Shown here piece by piece: positions 38,601 through 39,442 of a DNA stretch of 39,442 nucleotides. The stretch lies in the sequence record SRR20825010_1318. One strand, given 5' to 3'. Positions within the stretch are counted from its first letter, which is position 1. Each line of letters starts with the position of its first letter. The notes below the pieces were generated by a model, which worked only from the letters and a program-made list of their open reading frames with translations, was not told where the DNA came from and did no database searches. The position numbers and the translations under genes are program-made.

Positions 38601-39161
38601 TCCAATCGCACCATCCTGGATTCGAGCGGCTGGGGAATCCAGTGGTCGCCAATTCCGAACTTGCTTGCCTACAGCAGCGGCGGCAGTCTTTACGTTTGGG
38701 ATCTGAACACGTCGTCTCGAAAAGCTGTTTTGCAAGGGCCAGACGCAATTCGGTACAGCTACATCTACTGGAACATGTGTTGGTCACCTGATGGAAAGCG
38801 GATCGCATTGAAGGGAAGACGTCGTGACAACTCACAGGACGAAATCGCGGTTGTCACGCTGTCCAACCCAAGTCGGCTTCAGGTCATCCCCACGCCCGCC
38901 AAACTTGGCGGCGATCTCGGATGGGCGTCCGACAGTCTCCAAATTTTGTTTCCGATGCTGTCCGCCGAGACACGGCGTACCCAACTGCACTGCGTGGACG
39001 TGACCAATCCTGGAACACCGAAACTCTGGCCCAATCAACCAAGCGATCGACAGATTTCAGGAGTTAGCTTGTCCAAGGATGGAAAATGGCTCGCCATCAC
39101 CGCTCGGCCCGATCCCCGCACGGTCCCTTGGCAAAATCAGCCGAACGCCTCATCGAACTAG
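35652..39161 (+). CDS. Large secreted DUF1581/DUF1583-like protein with C-terminal TolB-like propeller
   Basis: Signal peptide from ATG 35652 (ORF open from 35592). ESLLRYFRP..EYEFFYDPG..HPALDRLAF..HWVTDG and LRGDFDVTAEF resemble planctomycete DUF1581/1583 (from memory). WSPDG/FSPDG repeats at the C-terminus. Confidence 0.8.
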   Translation: MRFAIRVSVLARLVIVAVLCVAQISFLSRAFGQRPNQSASIQSTSSDENLGPGPSITKPDAHVREWLFGSDLFAEDVLEIRRISSKLPVEERLDALLQWILPSRSHVSFRVTGASSPTNPSPSVRSGSVFETHESQIVSPVYDALNLAKRQGVLPELRKRVKSAVAKNLNDERSRQAMLALVDLELGNGSSAEESIASLHELLSKTPVNSLTELWPVALVAHRGTRQFAESPALGELVSVLYQTCVVRNRSDLPNSFVSQIRRIRTELFDKQWASTDEAVRKIYEWTADYQQEWIPIREATASIRGNGDVVAEWIQDESGVVSNRGGSHTEYLAFATPLKGNYSIEADLAANNLGQILVAGRFVGPGYRDTNFRSGVLSGRLDEIELDKPFEKLDRWIHYRSNIKDDTQTVHLNGRQVQKESVAPNAAPWLAMRGWYTANARFRNFHIAGAPEIPDAVPMLTSQGLSGWTDYYGGSRPEYRGQWKRIDAARGDTMIVGSKQKGLDQSHFESLLRYFRPLMDGDRVEYEFFYDPGKANAHPALDRLAFLISNEGVTEHWVTDGCFDRTLLCPDNMEFVSDYQRHEGTLPLKVSEWNHGELQLAGNMIQLSLNDQLIYERPLDSESDRTFGLFHFSDREELKAQSLILRGKWPKQLLEPQQLAAPVPNRLHASMDELTSVFHHDFRDADATTRYFNATTLRNNDGATETDGGLRLTASSFGPWKQLAAVPQFSLRGDFDVTAEFTQAVIPESVDIARVALSISLDDSQARKLIAATGFADGQGRHLMGSINLSYPDGTMRFQTGRRTNESTSGRLRIARRGEDVYFLFAYEGSDQWQLLHQETASDADVPIGGIQLVSIAKGRGTTSAKWLNLTLRAKDLMVSPSSDPKPVLSVVRIDGTDLRDLAEPNETLLHVGSPDWSPDGTQIVYDQQAGSTLTARLMRVDKTGGDPVDLGFGSMPTFSPDGKRIAFSAARQGVGIMDADGSNRTILDSSGWGIQWSPIPNLLAYSSGGSLYVWDLNTSSRKAVLQGPDAIRYSYIYWNMCWSPDGKRIALKGRRRDNSQDEIAVVTLSNPSRLQVIPTPAKLGGDLGWASDSLQILFPMLSAETRRTQLHCVDVTNPGTPKLWPNQPSDRQISGVSLSKDGKWLAITARPDPRTVPWQNQPNASSN

Positions 39162-39442
39162 CCGTGTCCGATGAAGTCAGACCAATTCGTCCGCTTCAGC
39201 GGATTTCGATCTGCGTCGCTAATTCAACATTGCCGGTCATGTCCAGTCGCCATGATGCAGCCCACTCATGATGCAACGCAGCCACAGATCATCCCGCGCT
39301 CCAATCCGTGTTCATCTCATTCATCTGTGGCAAAAAGTTGATCCTGAGTCGGACGGTGCGTAAGCCTACCCTGGTGACAAACGAGCGGATATTGCACATT
39401 GGAAATCGTGAGTTTGGCCACAGATGAATTGGGATGAACACA

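Overview
Bacterial genomic DNA, most likely a planctomycete of the Rhodopirellula/Pirellulaceae type. This is inferred from the DUF1581/DUF1583-like protein, an NPYxSP-type N-terminus and the many secreted hypothetical proteins. About 33 coding regions are supported. In order: (i) a secreted-protein cluster (deiodinase/thioredoxin-like, YHYH+EF-hand) interrupted by a stand-alone HUH Y1 transposase (IS200/RAYT type) that sits between two inverted three-hairpin elements; (ii) AhpD-like and SDR redox genes behind a NemR-like operator; (iii) transglutaminase, a heme-c DUF3365-like protein, and nhaA flanked by two small membrane ORFs that each follow a sigma-54-type promoter, next to a PAS kinase/sigma-54 activator pair; (iv) an HPP protein divergent from a RedB-like thioredoxin / membrane PAS kinase / REC-GGDEF-EAL operon, whose kinase carries two in-frame stops; (v) TolB-like, PL7 alginate lyase and kelch genes; (vi) sufU-sufS-xseA; (vii) a small exopolysaccharide cluster whose glycosyltransferase has no canonical start codon; (viii) a CPA1 antiporter, an alpha/beta hydrolase, hypotheticals and a 1,169-1,189 aa DUF1583-like/TolB protein. 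No rRNA, tRNA or CRISPR array was seen. All family calls come from motif recognition by eye; no searches were run.
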